DNA of 64,000 nucleotides, from positions 198,834,001 to 198,898,000 of the forward strand of contig OX597815.1 in NCBI GenBank assembly GCA_951406725.2, in the 5' to 3' direction. The position numbers were made by a program, and so were the translations under genes. Position 1 is the first letter of the stretch. Every line of letters begins with the position of its first letter. The stretch is from Octopus vulgaris (taxonomy: Eukaryota). Positions 42,640 through 55,977 of this stretch are shown in pieces. The notes under the pieces are model-generated. The model had not been told where the DNA came from. It saw nothing but the letters and a program-made list of their open reading frames with translations, and made no database searches.

Positions 42640-42895
42640 GTAACACACCATACTAATCATATCTATCGGGCATGTGGAAGAGTGTGTAATTCGGCAGGAG
42701 GACTTAAACGACATGCAAAGGTACATGAAGCCCAGTTACAACTACAGCCGGCTATTACCAGTAAAGGTTTTAGTTGCCAATTTTGTACAAGACATTGTAG
42801 ATCTTTAGCTGTGCTAAATGTCACATTCGATCACAGCACTAGTAACATTTAAGCCTCGTGCAATGGCCATACTCGATAACGAGGGGGCAGCCATA
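42640..42895 (+). pseudogene. LINE (probably RTE) 3' end with two C2H2 zinc-finger remnants
   Basis: (Y)RACGRVCNSAGGLKRHAKVH and CQFCTRHCRSLAVL-(frameshift)-SHIRSQH, then a short UTR gcaatggccatactcgataacgagggggcagcc and a (TATG)n tail. Confidence 0.65.
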
Positions 42896-43506
42896 ATGTA
42901 TGTATGTATGTATGTATGTATAATAGGTGTGTGTGTGTGTGTGTGTGTTTGTCCCTCCCTCATCACGGTTGATAATCGGTGTTGGTGCCTTTACGTTCCA
43001 TAACTTAACGGTTAGGTAAAAAGAGACGGATAAGATAAATACTAGGCTTAAGATATAAATCATGGGGGCGATTTTTTTCGATTAAAATCCCTTCATGGTA
43101 GTGTCAAATGACTAAGAGAAATAAAAGATTAAAAGCCTATAGCTTAGTAATGTAACAGCCAGGAGATGTTATGTAGTTTTTTGTTATTTAACAAAATTTC
43201 TGCTGTGAATGAGGATACAGAAATTTCATCGAGAGAGTTAACTTGCCCTGAATCAATTTGTAAATGACCAAGCTTTCGACAAACAGCTGTACTCTTAACA
43301 TTATTCTGAAACCGAATCTGCAGAGCAGAACAAGTTTGAACCTTTTGAATTAGAAGTACAGGTTTCTACCAATTCCCATCTGCTCCGTTCAATTCTTCAA
43401 AACGTATGCTTCAACTTGAGGCTTTAGAAAATTACCAAGACCAAGATGACACACAATGGAATTGAAATCGGGAACTCATGATTGTTCATATATATATATA
43501 TATATA

Positions 43507-43696
43507 CTCTTTTACTCGATTAATTCAGTTATTTGACTGCAGTCATACTGGAGCACCGCCTTTTAGTCGAGCAAATCGACCCAGGACTTGTTCTTTGTAA
43601 GCCTATTACTTATTCTATCGGTCTCTTTTCTCACCATCGGTTGTCAAGTGATGTTGGGGGAACAAACACAGACACACAAACATATACGCACACACG

Positions 43697-43727
<31 letters not shown>

Positions 43728-43890
43728 TTACGACGGGCTTCTTTCAGTTTCCTTCTACCAAATCCACTCACAAGGCTTTGGTCGGCATGAGGCTATAGTA
43801 GAAGACACTTGCACAAGATGCTACGTAGTGGTACTGAACCCGGAACAATGTGGTTGGTAAGCAAGCTACGTACCACACCGCTCCTGTGCC
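43507..43890 (-). mobile_element. SINE family 1 copy
   Basis: Match to the family with a small deletion. Confidence 0.88.
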
Positions 43891-43896
43891 TTATAT

Positions 43897-43963
<67 letters not shown>

Positions 43964-44292
43964 AAGGGTTATTAATAAAGGATAATCAATCTCAACAAAA
44001 TTCTTCTCCAGCTCTTTGCTATATAGCAAGCGAAAGTGTATATGTGCGTGTGAATGCGTGTATTTCCTCTAATCCAGGGGACGGTAAGTCTGGAATTTCT
44101 CCGACGTGCTGTGTTTTCCCCAAGCAGGAAAAGCTACATCTAGGTTTTCTTGTCTGACGAAATGAGTAAACGTCACGGAAATATGAGTGGAACCGGACAT
44201 TGGATCGCGCGAAATAAATTATAACACTCTTCTGGTTTATTGATTAATGTTTCTTTCGTTCACTTTAACGAGCTCAGACACAGGCACACACA

Positions 44293-44364
<72 letters not shown>

Positions 44365-44442
44365 CACACACACATAGATGCATATATATATGTGTGTGCG
44401 TGTGTATATATATATATATATATATACATACACACACACACA

Positions 44443-44516
<74 letters not shown>

Positions 44517-44612
44517 AAGTAAGGAAAAATTTATTTAAAAATGCAGAATGCTCAAATGAAAGAAAATTTTAATAAAATGAGAAATTGATAAAATATATAA
44601 ATATATATTTTT

Positions 44613-44653
44613 TATTCAACCGGTTTTCGTCATTGTATGACTTGTCAAGAATA
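44613..44653 (-). ncRNA. Hammerhead ribozyme variant (U3-A8) in the PLE 3' repeat
   Basis: Minus tattc-TTGACAA-gtcat(aca)atgac-GAAA-a-CCGG-TT-gaata. One extra A relative to GAAAC. Confidence 0.65.
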
Positions 44654-45275
44654 TTTATGTTTTAAAAGGTTTTTTTTTAAATTAGAAAGGGGAAAAAAAG
44701 AAAATTGCATTGTTTTTTGTAAAAGAATAATGATAAAAATGTACAAAAATTTAAAAATAATTACTCCGATACATTGTAAGTTCGTTGTGTATCTTGAGTT
44801 TTATGATTGTTCACGAAAAAATTACCTTGAGGTATTAAGATCCAAAGGGATTAAGAGCATGTGTTGTGTGGTTTAATTCAGCATGCTTGCAGGACAGGAA
44901 GTAGTAGTAATTGTGGTTCTTCAGTTCCTGTGTTGTGAGTAAGGGGAGACAACTCTTTTAAGTTCTTCAATAAAACCCAAATTATAAAATTATCATTTTA
45001 GCTTCATTTGCGTTATCTTTTTTATATAATTGCTTGTTAACTTAACTTTCAGATTTTAACACTTTATTTATATTATTTTCTAATTATATAAATCTGCATA
45101 GACAATTGCATTTCAAATTGTCATATCATTTATAATAAAAATGATAGTAATAACAACAATAGTAAAAATGATATTTAAAGAATATAAGTTTTAGCTTGAA
45201 GTGATGAATGCATGGTATCTTTATATATTTGTGTTAGTCCATCCATGAAGAGTGAGGTAGAGAAAGGAAGTTTGA

Positions 45276-46518
45276 TCAACGAGGAGTTTGCATATTAAGT
45301 TGTGTTTGGAATTTTTCAATAAAGAGATTCTCCTTGTTAATTCTCTCCTGTGTGGTGATCCCGTCTTTACATTGGTAGAAGGGGAATATATAGAATTTGG
45401 GGTTTAAGTCTTTAGCACATGAGTCTAAGTGGTCACTCAGTGGAATTTGTCGGTATTCCGGGAGATTTATTTGTTCTTTATGCACCGTTACTCGTTTACG
45501 TAACGGGAGACTCGTTTGTCCAACATAATTATGTTGGCAACCAGCGCATGTGAGAACGTAGATAAGGTTCTCGGAGGAACAGGAGAAGTTAGTCTTGATT
45601 TTAAACTTCGTACCTTGTTTGAAGGTAAATTCAGAGCCTTCAAGTAGAAAGGGGCAGGTACCACAGTTTGAGCGTGCACATTTTTTTACTGTTGGGGGTG
45701 GATGTGGTGTGTGAAGTTTGGCATTTGTCAAGAGTTTTTTTAAAGATTTGTGTTGCCTTTTACATTTGAGGATTTTGTGTGTATTTATAATGTTTTTCAT
45801 TTTTGGGTCTGTTGACAGTAAACTGAGGTTTTGTATGATTGTGGTGTATGCTTCGATATTTTTGGGGTTGTGGGTGGAAATGTATGGAAGTATTTTGAGG
45901 TTGTGTGTGGTGTTAGGTTGGGTGGTTTTCAGTGTAGTGTTGTCTAGTTCTTTGGCGCGTTTTATTCCATACTCTATAAGGGTGGAGGGATATTGACGTT
46001 GTAATAGTGTTTTTTTGAGGTCTTGAAGGCGTATTTCTCGTGTTTTTGGATCCGAGACAATGGTGCATACCCTTTTAGCTAACTTGAAAGGGATATTTGT
46101 CTTGGTGTGTTTTGGGTGGCATGAACTAAAGAGGAGGTATTGTTGTGAGTCTGTGGGTTTGTGGTAGATGTCTGTTATGATTTGGTTCTTAGGTGTTTTT
46201 ATAATTAGGAAATCAAGGAATGGGAGATGATGTTTGCTTAATTCCATAGTGAATTGGATGTTGGGATGTATGTTGTTTAGTATGGTTTTGAATTCCAGGA
46301 GTTTTTCATAAGGTTCTTTCCATATGATGAAACAATCATCTAAATACCTTTTCCAGTTTTCCATTAGGTAGGTGTGGAAAACATGTCCAAATTTCTGGCT
46401 TGATATTTCATAGAGTGACTGTTCGAAGTGACCCATTATGAGGTTCGCAAGGACTGGTGCAGCCTTGGTACCCATCGCAATGCCACATTTTTGACGGTAG
46501 TGTGTGTCGTCGAAGAGA
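45276..46518 (-). CDS. PLE reverse transcriptase (C-terminal part) + GIY-YIG endonuclease; open frame, N-terminus missing
   Basis: YRQKCGIAMGTKAAP, WKRYLDD, LPFLD, DIYHKPT..YL.FSSCHP, Cys linker CARSNCGTC, NLIYVLTCAGC..YVGQT..RVTVH, ENLFI..LN. The first ~20 aa of the tracked ORF (to 46580) look non-homologous. Confidence 0.93.
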
Positions 46519-46573
46519 AAAAAAACAAAACAAAAAAAAACTCTCAAGTTCATTCTGTCAAACAATTTTTTTC

Positions 46574-46724
46574 TAACCACATGGTTCCGTGTTCAGTCCC
46601 ACTGCGTGGCATCTTGAGCAAGTGTCTTCTACTATAGCCTCAGGCCGACCAAAGCCTTGTGAATGGATTTAGTAGACGGAAAGTGAAAGAAGCCCGTCGT
46701 ATACATGTATATGTTTATATACAC

Positions 46725-46814
<90 letters not shown>

Positions 46815-47030
46815 ATGTGTGTTTGTATATCTGTGTTTGTCTCCCCACCATTACTTCACAACTGACGCTGGTGTGTTTAGGTCCCTGTAGCCTAGCTGTT
46901 CGGCAAAAGAGACCGCTGAATAAGTACTAGGCTTACAAAGAATAAGTCTCTGAGGTCGATTTGCTCCACTAAAGGCGGTGCTCCAGCATGGTCGCAGTCA
47001 AATGACTGAAACAAGTAAAAGAGTAAAAGA
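46574..47030 (+). mobile_element. SINE family 1 copy (5' clipped)
   Basis: Match to the family, with a long internal (TG)n. Confidence 0.9.
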
Positions 47031-47084
47031 CTAAAGCGTACACCAGAATACTAATATAAGTATTTTGTATGTGTATGTACATGA

Positions 47085-47768
47085 CCATCATCATCATTGT
47101 TCGACCGTGGTCGAGACAATGGAATTTACCATGCTACGCCAGACTTCACGGTCCATCATGGCATTACAGAGGTCCTGTTGCTGGATGCCTGTATCCCTGG
47201 AGATTACATCAGGGTAGGAGAGTGTGCGCCCTCTGGTATTGCGAGTAGATGGCTTCCAGAGGAGAAGAGTAGAAATTGCCTCGTTTTCAGATCTACAACA
47301 ATGTCCAGCAAAATGGATTCTCCTACCTTTCACAAGAGATGACACAGGTGATAGTTTCCCATATAGTTGCATTTTGGTTGGATGACCCTTCCACGAGAGA
47401 TTTTGAGCTCTCATAAGGAGGCGAGTGTAGGTTCCATCCAACCGCCTCTCGAGCTTCTTTGATAACGTCCAGGTTTCTGAGCCATATAGTAGAATTGGTT
47501 CGACTGTGGCTTTGAAGATTTCAAGTTTGAAGTCTTTACTTAGATTTGATGACCAGATCTTATGCATGTCATTATAGGCTGACTAGGCCATACCCTTTCT
47601 AGTTAGAAAATCTTTTCCAGATGATGATATGTATGACCCAAGATATTTATAATCAGAAACCATATTTAAGGGCGCATTGTTGAGAGTATGGATGATGCAA
47701 TCACTGTTGGACAGGCACTTGTTTATATATTCAGTCTTGGCCTCATTGAGACCTACACAATTTGAGGC
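47085..47768 (-). mobile_element. 5'-truncated RTE-clade LINE with TSD
   Basis: One frame VGLN..KTEY..YKYLGS..MA*SAYNDMHKIW..VEPILLYGSETWTL..FAGHC..DREVWR with a single TAG (likely from TGG). (TGA)n tail and 10-bp TSD atgtacatga (47075-47084 / 47769-47778). Confidence 0.92.
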
Positions 47769-48429
47769 ATGTACATGAATATGGAAGGCCACCAATGGGA
47801 TTTGAACACCTGCTCTCTCCATAAGCTACCTTCTGAACTAAGCCTTTTGAGTAAGTTCAGGTGACGTAGTGAAAACTCATCCAATGGGATACGGCAGTTA
47901 TTCCGTTAACCCACTATTTGCCAGTTTTATCGCACATTTTCGACAGAGAATGATATTAGAGATATAACTGCTACGAAATATTCAACCACTTCAGATATAT
48001 TTGTAGTTCCGTTTAGGAAACAAAACGAAATACGCATAATCAAATCCGACGCAAGATCCATCTATATTGATATAGATTTTTCAATTTCTGAAATTACTAG
48101 AATTTGCGAGAAAGCGATAAAATTTATTATTTTATAATTGATAGCTATCATAGCAATATTCAGTCCAGCGAGGCAAATTCTAACTGCTATGTAGGTAAAA
48201 GTCTAGCGTGATATTTCTCGTTTTTTATTTGTTTATATAAAATTGTCTGCCGTTTAATAGTATTTGTCTGAATATATTAGGCACTATTTAATCTTCGAAA
48301 TATCCTAACTTTATTATTGCTATGTACTTTTCTAATCATCCTAATTACCGGTGACCAAAAATAATTTTAAAAATAGCTCATAGAGTCTTGTTTTTATTTT
48401 TATTGTTTTTATTCTTTTTTTGTTGTTGT

Positions 48430-48914
<485 letters not shown>

Positions 48915-49114
48915 ATCGAGTTTAGCACAATTGTTAAAGTGGTTGGTTGAATATGTCGAGATCTATATTCCGAGATATACGAATATGCATACACACACAC
49001 ACACACATCTTAATGTTTATTTTTATGTTCAGTTATAATAAAATGTTGTTGACAGTGCCTTCAAATTTTCGGCCGGCTAAGGCATCGTCAGACAATCCGA
49101 CAGTGGGCTGGCTT

Positions 49115-49340
49115 CGAAGTTACTGCTGTATTCTTTCACCACAACTTTCTCTCACTCTTTCTTCCTGCATTTCAAAGGTCCGGCCCTGTCACACTCTGTG
49201 TCACGCTGAATCTCCTCGAGAACTACTTTAAGAGTACACGTGTCTGTGGAGTACTCAGTCACTTGCATGTTAATTTCACGAGCAGGCTGTTCCGTTGATC
49301 GGATCAACTGGAACCCTCGTCGTCGTAACCGACGGAATGC

Positions 49341-49342
<2 letters not shown>
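49115..49342 (+). mobile_element. SINE fragment related to family 4, with a different 3' part
   Basis: ctgctgtattctttcaccac..ctttctctcactct is shared with the 18768-19075 element, after which the sequences diverge. Confidence 0.6.
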
Positions 49343-49383
<41 letters not shown>

Positions 49384-49384
49384 G

Positions 49385-49590
49385 TTAATCCAAACATGAA
49401 AACACAAAGAGTAAACACAACGTGAAGACGTGGAACAAATATAGTATTATTGAATGCTCAGGAAGGAAGGAAAGAAGGAGGGTTTAACATTTCGAGCGGA
49501 GCTCTTCGTCGGAAACATAGGAGAAGGTAAGATCCCGAGAAGGGAAGACTGAGGATAAAAAATCGCCACCGGTACACACGCAGTCACATT
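49385..49590 (-). mobile_element. Solo PLE-type terminal repeat between (TA)n tracts, with hammerhead motif at 49482-49516
   Basis: Minus gttt-CCGACGA-A-gagc(tcc)gctc-GAAA-TG-TT-aaac, two transitions from consensus. Confidence 0.7.
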
Positions 49591-49591
49591 T

Positions 49592-49671
<80 letters not shown>

Positions 49672-50744
49672 CACACACAAATATATATATATATTTATAT
49701 ATATATACACATACATGTGCTCGCATATATATCTGTGCATGTACACATACATGTATTTACACGTATGTATACTTTTTGCAGTGCCTTTAGTAAGGGCTAG
49801 TTCACATTACCTTCCTAGGTTCTGCTAGTCCGGCGAGCTTCACTCCAGGAGAAACACAAGCAAGAAGAAACCAGTCCACAGAATCAACGTTACGCGCTTG
49901 AAAAAAAAAAAACGGGAATAATCGCAAGTGTGATGCCGGACATGGATTAGACAAATGTGTCAGAGACCGTGTAACAAATGGCTCGATGTTGCGGAGTGGG
50001 GGCGTACACGTGACCAGGCCCTTCCGTGGAGCAGAAGCTATTATAAAAGCGATAGATAAGACAAATATAGAATACTGCAAGAGACCGAAGCATGCCTGCT
50101 ACTGTTTTAATGTTAATCATTCTGTTTGACCTCATGAGGATGCCGTTCTTTGTGGCTGTGAGTGTAGCACCAGTTTACTCTGCGTGCGAAATAAGAGTAC
50201 CGTCTATGTATGTAGTATCAACAACAATTTCCATTCGTAGAACACGGTCATCCCATTTAAGATGATGTCGGTTAATTATAGTTTCAATGGATGAGATATT
50301 AGGTTGCTCGAGTTAATTTAGATATTGCATATTAATTGTAGAGATGTCAGAGATCTACAGCAGAGTGCGTACACAGTAGAACAAATTACATACACCCTCA
50401 CACATGCACAAACACACACACACACACATATCCACATGCACACACACAGAAGCCCACACACACGCATACAAACTCACACACTCACATACGCAAACCTAAT
50501 TGTTTCTCGTACAGGCACATGTAGGGAGATTAAACTCAACAAATCAAGAATCTAGGTAGAGGTACGACCGTATCTTTAAGAAGCACGCTTTGCAATCACG
50601 TAGTTTCGAGTTCAATACCACTGTACGGCACATTGGTGTCTTCAGCTTTAGTGTTTTCTACTATAGCCACGGAACAACTGATACCGTGTGATTAAATTTG
50701 GTAGGCGAAAGATGTGTGCAAGCCTATTGTAAATATACTTGCAT

Positions 50745-50829
<85 letters not shown>

Positions 50830-50839
50830 GCGCTTGGAT

Positions 50840-51047
50840 GGCGGTGAGCTGGCAGAATCGTTAGCACGTCGGGCGAAATGTTTTGCGGTATTTCGTCTGC
50901 CGCTACGTTCTGAGTTCAAATTCCGCCGAGGTCGACTTTGCCTTTCATCCTTTCAGGCTCGATTAAATAAGTTCCAGTTACGCACTGGTTTCGATGTATT
51001 CAGCTTAATCCCTCTGTCTGTCCTTGTTTGTCCCCTCTGTGTTTAGC
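50840..51047 (+). mobile_element. SINE family 2 copy
   Basis: Head to near the end of tail A. Confidence 0.9.
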
Positions 51048-51048
51048 A

Positions 51049-51115
<67 letters not shown>

Positions 51116-51379
51116 CTTACTATCTCTTCTCTGTCTATCTCCCTCTCTTGTTCTTCATCCTTTCTGTTTATTCTCTCCAACCCTTCCCTATTCTTCTCCT
51201 CTACTCTTCATCGTTTCCTCTCTCTCAGACTTCCTCCCTGACTCTCTCGTCACTAACACATGATGAAAGGGAGTCTTTCTGTCCATTTCCTTCCTAAGAC
51301 AAGACGTGCTTATTCCTGTCTCCTCGTCTTCCTAGTGTTCATAATAATTTTTCTATCGTCTTGCCTTAACAGCCCTCAC

Positions 51380-51730
51380 CGTTTGTTGTTACTGTCTTGT
51401 TCTCACTGTTCTGTTCTTGTTACCACCATCCGCAAAAAATCCCAAATTTTATTTAATTTGCTTTGCGGGAAGGACAGTTTCAACAAAGTCGCGTATTGTC
51501 CTTACCTTCGTAACGCGGAGTAGATGAAACAGCGACAACTCATGAAGGGGAATATTCTTTATGTTGCATGTCACGTTTCTCTGTTTTTTTTCGTTGTTCG
51601 GAAAAATGTTCGTTTTCTATGCTCTTGTTTTTATGTTTTCGTTTCTCATTGTGTTCAACGTTTTTTTTTAATGTCCTGTACCCATATATGCATTCATTTA
51701 TACATATATGTATATAGGTATGTACATATA
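51380..51730 (-). mobile_element. Second copy of the 19200-19500 repeat
   Basis: Reverse-complement similarity, adjacent to (TA)n. Confidence 0.7.
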
Positions 51731-51742
51731 TGTATGTATATA

Positions 51743-51793
<51 letters not shown>

Positions 51794-52091
51794 AATCAAG
51801 TTACGATCATTATTTTGGACCACCAATCCCTCAGAAACAGTTGTTGGACATGTAAAACTCTTATTCAGTCCCTTTTTATTTCTGATATCATTCCTATTCT
51901 GTGTAAGCCGGACATTTTTTAATATGTATACATATATACATGTATTTTTTGTATTAAAGGTATTCGATATTTTTTTGTATATCAACTTGCGTAACTTGCT
52001 TGTTATTACATAAACCTGGTCAACTTCAAATCTCTCGAGCATAACGATATTTTATACAGAGAATGCCCGTTCCAAATCTATTTAATCTATA

Positions 52092-52158
<67 letters not shown>

Positions 52159-53001
52159 CATACATGCATACATATACATATATATAAATACATAATAAAT
52201 GCATATATATATACACATATATATTATATATAAATATATATATATATACACACACATATAATTTATAGATTTTATTGATTAGGAACAGGTATATATATAT
52301 ATGTGTGTGTATGTATGTATATATGTAAGTAGGTAAGTAGGTAGATATATGCGTGTGTGTGTATGTAAGTGTGCCACTGTGCCTGCGTTTGTCTCCCCAT
52401 TACTTTAAAACTGGAATTCCGATATTCGGCAAAAGAAATCCATAGAATAAGTACCAGACGTGAAAGACTATAAGATGACAGGGGTCAATTTGTGCGACTT
52501 AACCCCTCAGGGCCGTACCAATTCATGACTGTTGTCCAATGACTCAAATAAGTAACAGACAGGTAAATGACAGAATTTATTTTATGTAGGATCTATTGTA
52601 TATTTATTCATACTGCAATCCACTTCATTTTATTAAATCATATTTTTTTGATTTTTTGCTGAAATTTGGCAAGCCACTCTATCCAATAAATGTTTTCTAC
52701 ACATTCTCCTCATGACTAAGTCTCGTGTCTGGCGGAATGCGGTCATGACATCTACAGAAGCAGAAACGCAACTCCACAAAACTGTATTCTTTCTTAACAG
52801 CATCTCAATTTCGGTGAATTCTCGATTCTTAAGATTATCTGCCCTTCCCATTTAGTGTTGGTCACGACAGCTAGGAAGCAGTCGTTCACTTTCTCTCGAG
52901 TGGAAGATAATATCCATAGATCAAAAATGTATACCGTATGGTAGTTAATATAACATTACTGATACATATATACATATATATATATACATAAATATACATA
53001 C

Positions 53002-53040
<39 letters not shown>

Positions 53041-53046
53041 CATATG

Positions 53047-53080
<34 letters not shown>

Positions 53081-53159
53081 CATATGTATACCGTATGGTA
53101 CTTAATAAAACTTTACTGATATATATATACATATATATTTATATATACATACAGATATA

Positions 53160-53252
<93 letters not shown>

Positions 53253-53646
53253 TATATATGCATATATATGCATAGGCACAAATACATATGTATAACATTA
53301 TGTTCATTTGTACTATCTTCGGCGCCAAACGTATATAAAATATGCCAACTAATAAATATTGTTTCGTTACATTAACGTCTGGAATCTTTGCTTAACAGAT
53401 CCTGGTCGGATCCATGGAAAAGTACATGAATGCGCCTGACCCTAGCTCGCTGGATTATTCTGTAGTTTTCATATCATACATATCTTAGTAGCACGTGTAC
53501 ATAAGCATAACACACGTGTATACACATGCATATCATATACAACGAGAGAAGAGGAATAATATCAGAAGGGATAAAGATATAAAGATAATAGGAATATAAT
53601 AACATATGCATTTATGTGTGCGCGTATATCCCTGCGTGTGTGCGTA

Positions 53647-53691
<45 letters not shown>

Positions 53692-54344
53692 GCTTCCCTT
53701 CAAACAATATTGGGTTATTGTTCTTTTTTTTATATAATACATTAGCCTTTATATTTCTTTATTAATTTTCTAACTTTCTCTTGTGGAGATTGTGTTGGCT
53801 GTGGTAATTGTTATTGTTTGGGGCGGTGTTTGGGAGTGATGATAGTGATTGTTGCTGTTGCTGCTGTTCGTGTTCTTCTGGCAGGGGCGGTGGTGGCGAT
53901 GCTGGTGGTGTTGGTGGGTGGGTGGTGGGATTCGTTTTTTTCTTTCTCGTCGTCGTCTTCTTCGTCGTTCTGGTTCGTATGCAATTATTCACATTTTATC
54001 GATCAAATATCGGGGATATGTAGCCGCAAAATGACGGATGTTGTTTGTGCATTCGCTTTGTATTCGCTACAATCTTCGTTTATATTAGCTATTATACAAT
54101 AACCAATAGTGTAATGTGACCTTCCAACCGCCGATGTAATGAGCATGGGAAAATGTGTACACTAACTAGCTTGCTATATCAATGAGAAATATCGATTTCT
54201 AGATTTGGCACATAACCGCAAGAGCTTTTTCTTTTTAGCTTCTTTTTTTTTTATTTTCTCTTTAGTCGGGATATCGTCGATTAGATCGTCTCCAGTACTT
54301 GACTGGTACCTTAATTTATCGATTCCATTTTCATGCATACATGT

Positions 54345-54423
<79 letters not shown>

Positions 54424-54984
54424 CATGTAGAAAGATCGAAGGAGAAATCAAGCAAAGTTAAGATTGATGTGATTCAAGCTTATAAATTGAAGGGGACGTA
54501 ACTGACTGCTGCAAATCACTTTGGAGCATCATGTACACAGGATTCTGACAAGAACGAAAAGTGCATTTCTGGTTAATGTTCAACGCCAGAAATTTTCGTT
54601 TCTCGGTTAGAGTGTGGTGCCTGGTTATACATCTGATTGAATCGAATCCAGCACGTGAAGGATGATTTAATTTAATAAATCCCGGATGGATAAAAGTTAA
54701 TTTCAGCATCAATAGGTTTTGATTGCGGAAAGGAAACAAAATGAAAAGTAACTGAATACAACAGCAATTGTTTTGTTTGTTGCTCTACTGATTCTACAAA
54801 TCCAACAAAAGATATTGACAAAGAAAAACAAAAAAAATTAAAGATTATCATTTCGGATTTGCAATTTTAAGACAAGTCACTTGATCTGTAACTTCGCATT
54901 GCAAATGAAGCAATTTAACCTTTAAGAACATGCAGACATTGTTATAATCTCTTCGTTTGTTTCATATACTCTCTCTCTCTCTCT

Positions 54985-55773
54985 CTTTTACTCTTTTACT
55001 TGTTTCAGTCATGTGACTGTGGCCATGCTGGAGCACCGCCTTTAGTCGATCAAATCGACCCCAGGACTTATTCTTTGTAAGCCTAGTACTTATTCTATAG
55101 GTCTCTATTGCCGAATCGCTAAGTAACGGGGACGTATACACACCAGCATCGGTTGTCAAGCGAAGTTGGGGGGACAAACACAGACACACAAACACGCACA
55201 TACACATATATATATATATATATATATACTAGCAGTATCGCCCGGCGTTGCTCGGGTTTGTAAGGGAAATAACTATAAAGCATTTTTAGAGAGTTATAGC
55301 CAAAAAATGGAAAAAAAATGATGGTAAATTTTTTTTTAGTTAAAAAGGTCGAGTTGCGTCCCCTAGACAGTCTGTGGTTTGTGTTTCTGATTCTCGACTT
55401 CCATGTCGAATTTATCGATTTTTTTCAGAACTGGGAGAACTTTTCAAAATTTTCGCTGCGTTAGTTTTGAATTATGACATTGGGCTATGTGTGTGTCAAG
55501 TTTCATCAGAATCGGTTGAAAGCCGTGGTCAGGGTGAGGGTACAACCTGACAGACACACAGAAACACACACAGACAAACTGTCGTTTATATATAGAGAGA
55601 TACATATATACGACGGGCTTCTTTCAGTTTCCGCCTACCAAATCCACTCACAAGGCTTTGGTCGGCCCGAGGCTATAGTAGAATACACTTACCCAAGGTG
55701 CCACGCAGTGGGCCTGAACCCGGAAGCATGTGGTTCGTAAGCAAACTACTTACCACACAGCCACTCCTGTGCC
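54985..55773 (-). mobile_element. SINE family 1 copy split by a Helitron
   Basis: 3' half at 54985-55228 and 5' half at 55601-55773. Confidence 0.9.
55229..55600 (-). mobile_element. Non-autonomous Helitron inserted in the internal (TA)n of the SINE
   Basis: A|TC...hairpin cccgagcaacgccggg..CTAG|T. Confidence 0.87.
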
Positions 55774-55819
55774 TGTATATATCAGTGCTGTCTATTATAA
55801 AGAGTCAAAGGATATCACT

Positions 55820-55838
55820 GTATTTCTGCTTCGGCAGT

Positions 55839-55878
<40 letters not shown>

Positions 55879-55913
55879 GGCCCCTGCGCAAGGATGAAGC
55901 GTTCCATATTTTT
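55820..55913 (+). pseudogene. U6: U6 snRNA retro-pseudogene with a 15-nt internal deletion
   Basis: gcttcggcagtacatatactaaaattggaacgatACAGAGAagattagcatggcccctgcgcaaggatga^agcgttccatattttt. It lacks cacgcaaattcgtga of the canonical metazoan U6. Confidence 0.95.
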
Positions 55914-55977
55914 ATAATGGCGGTGCCCCAGCATGGCCACAGCTCATAAGCTGAAACTAGAATCAATCAATCAATCA
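55914..55977 (+). mobile_element. LINE/SINE 3' tail fused to U6
   Basis: atggcggtgccccagcatggccacagctcataagctgaaactag(aatc)n. Confidence 0.85.

Larger units (their letters stand above)
44515..46518 (-). mobile_element. 5'-truncated Penelope-like retroelement (probably Neptune-type), 3' end abutting (TA)n
   Basis: RT-linker-GIY-YIG ORF followed by ~760 bp of 3' region containing a hammerhead. Confidence 0.9.

Noticed and set aside
49815-49885. Hammerhead-like CCGGCGA..GAAACCAGTC
   Set aside because: Multiple core mismatches and poor stems; compatible with chance.
53762-54034. Pro/Gln-rich or Gly/Cys-rich ORFs
   Set aside because: Built from short trinucleotide repeats, with no splice or domain support.
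55820-55913. Functional U6 gene
   Set aside because: 15-nt internal deletion, fused retroposon tail, and a SINE occupying the upstream promoter region.
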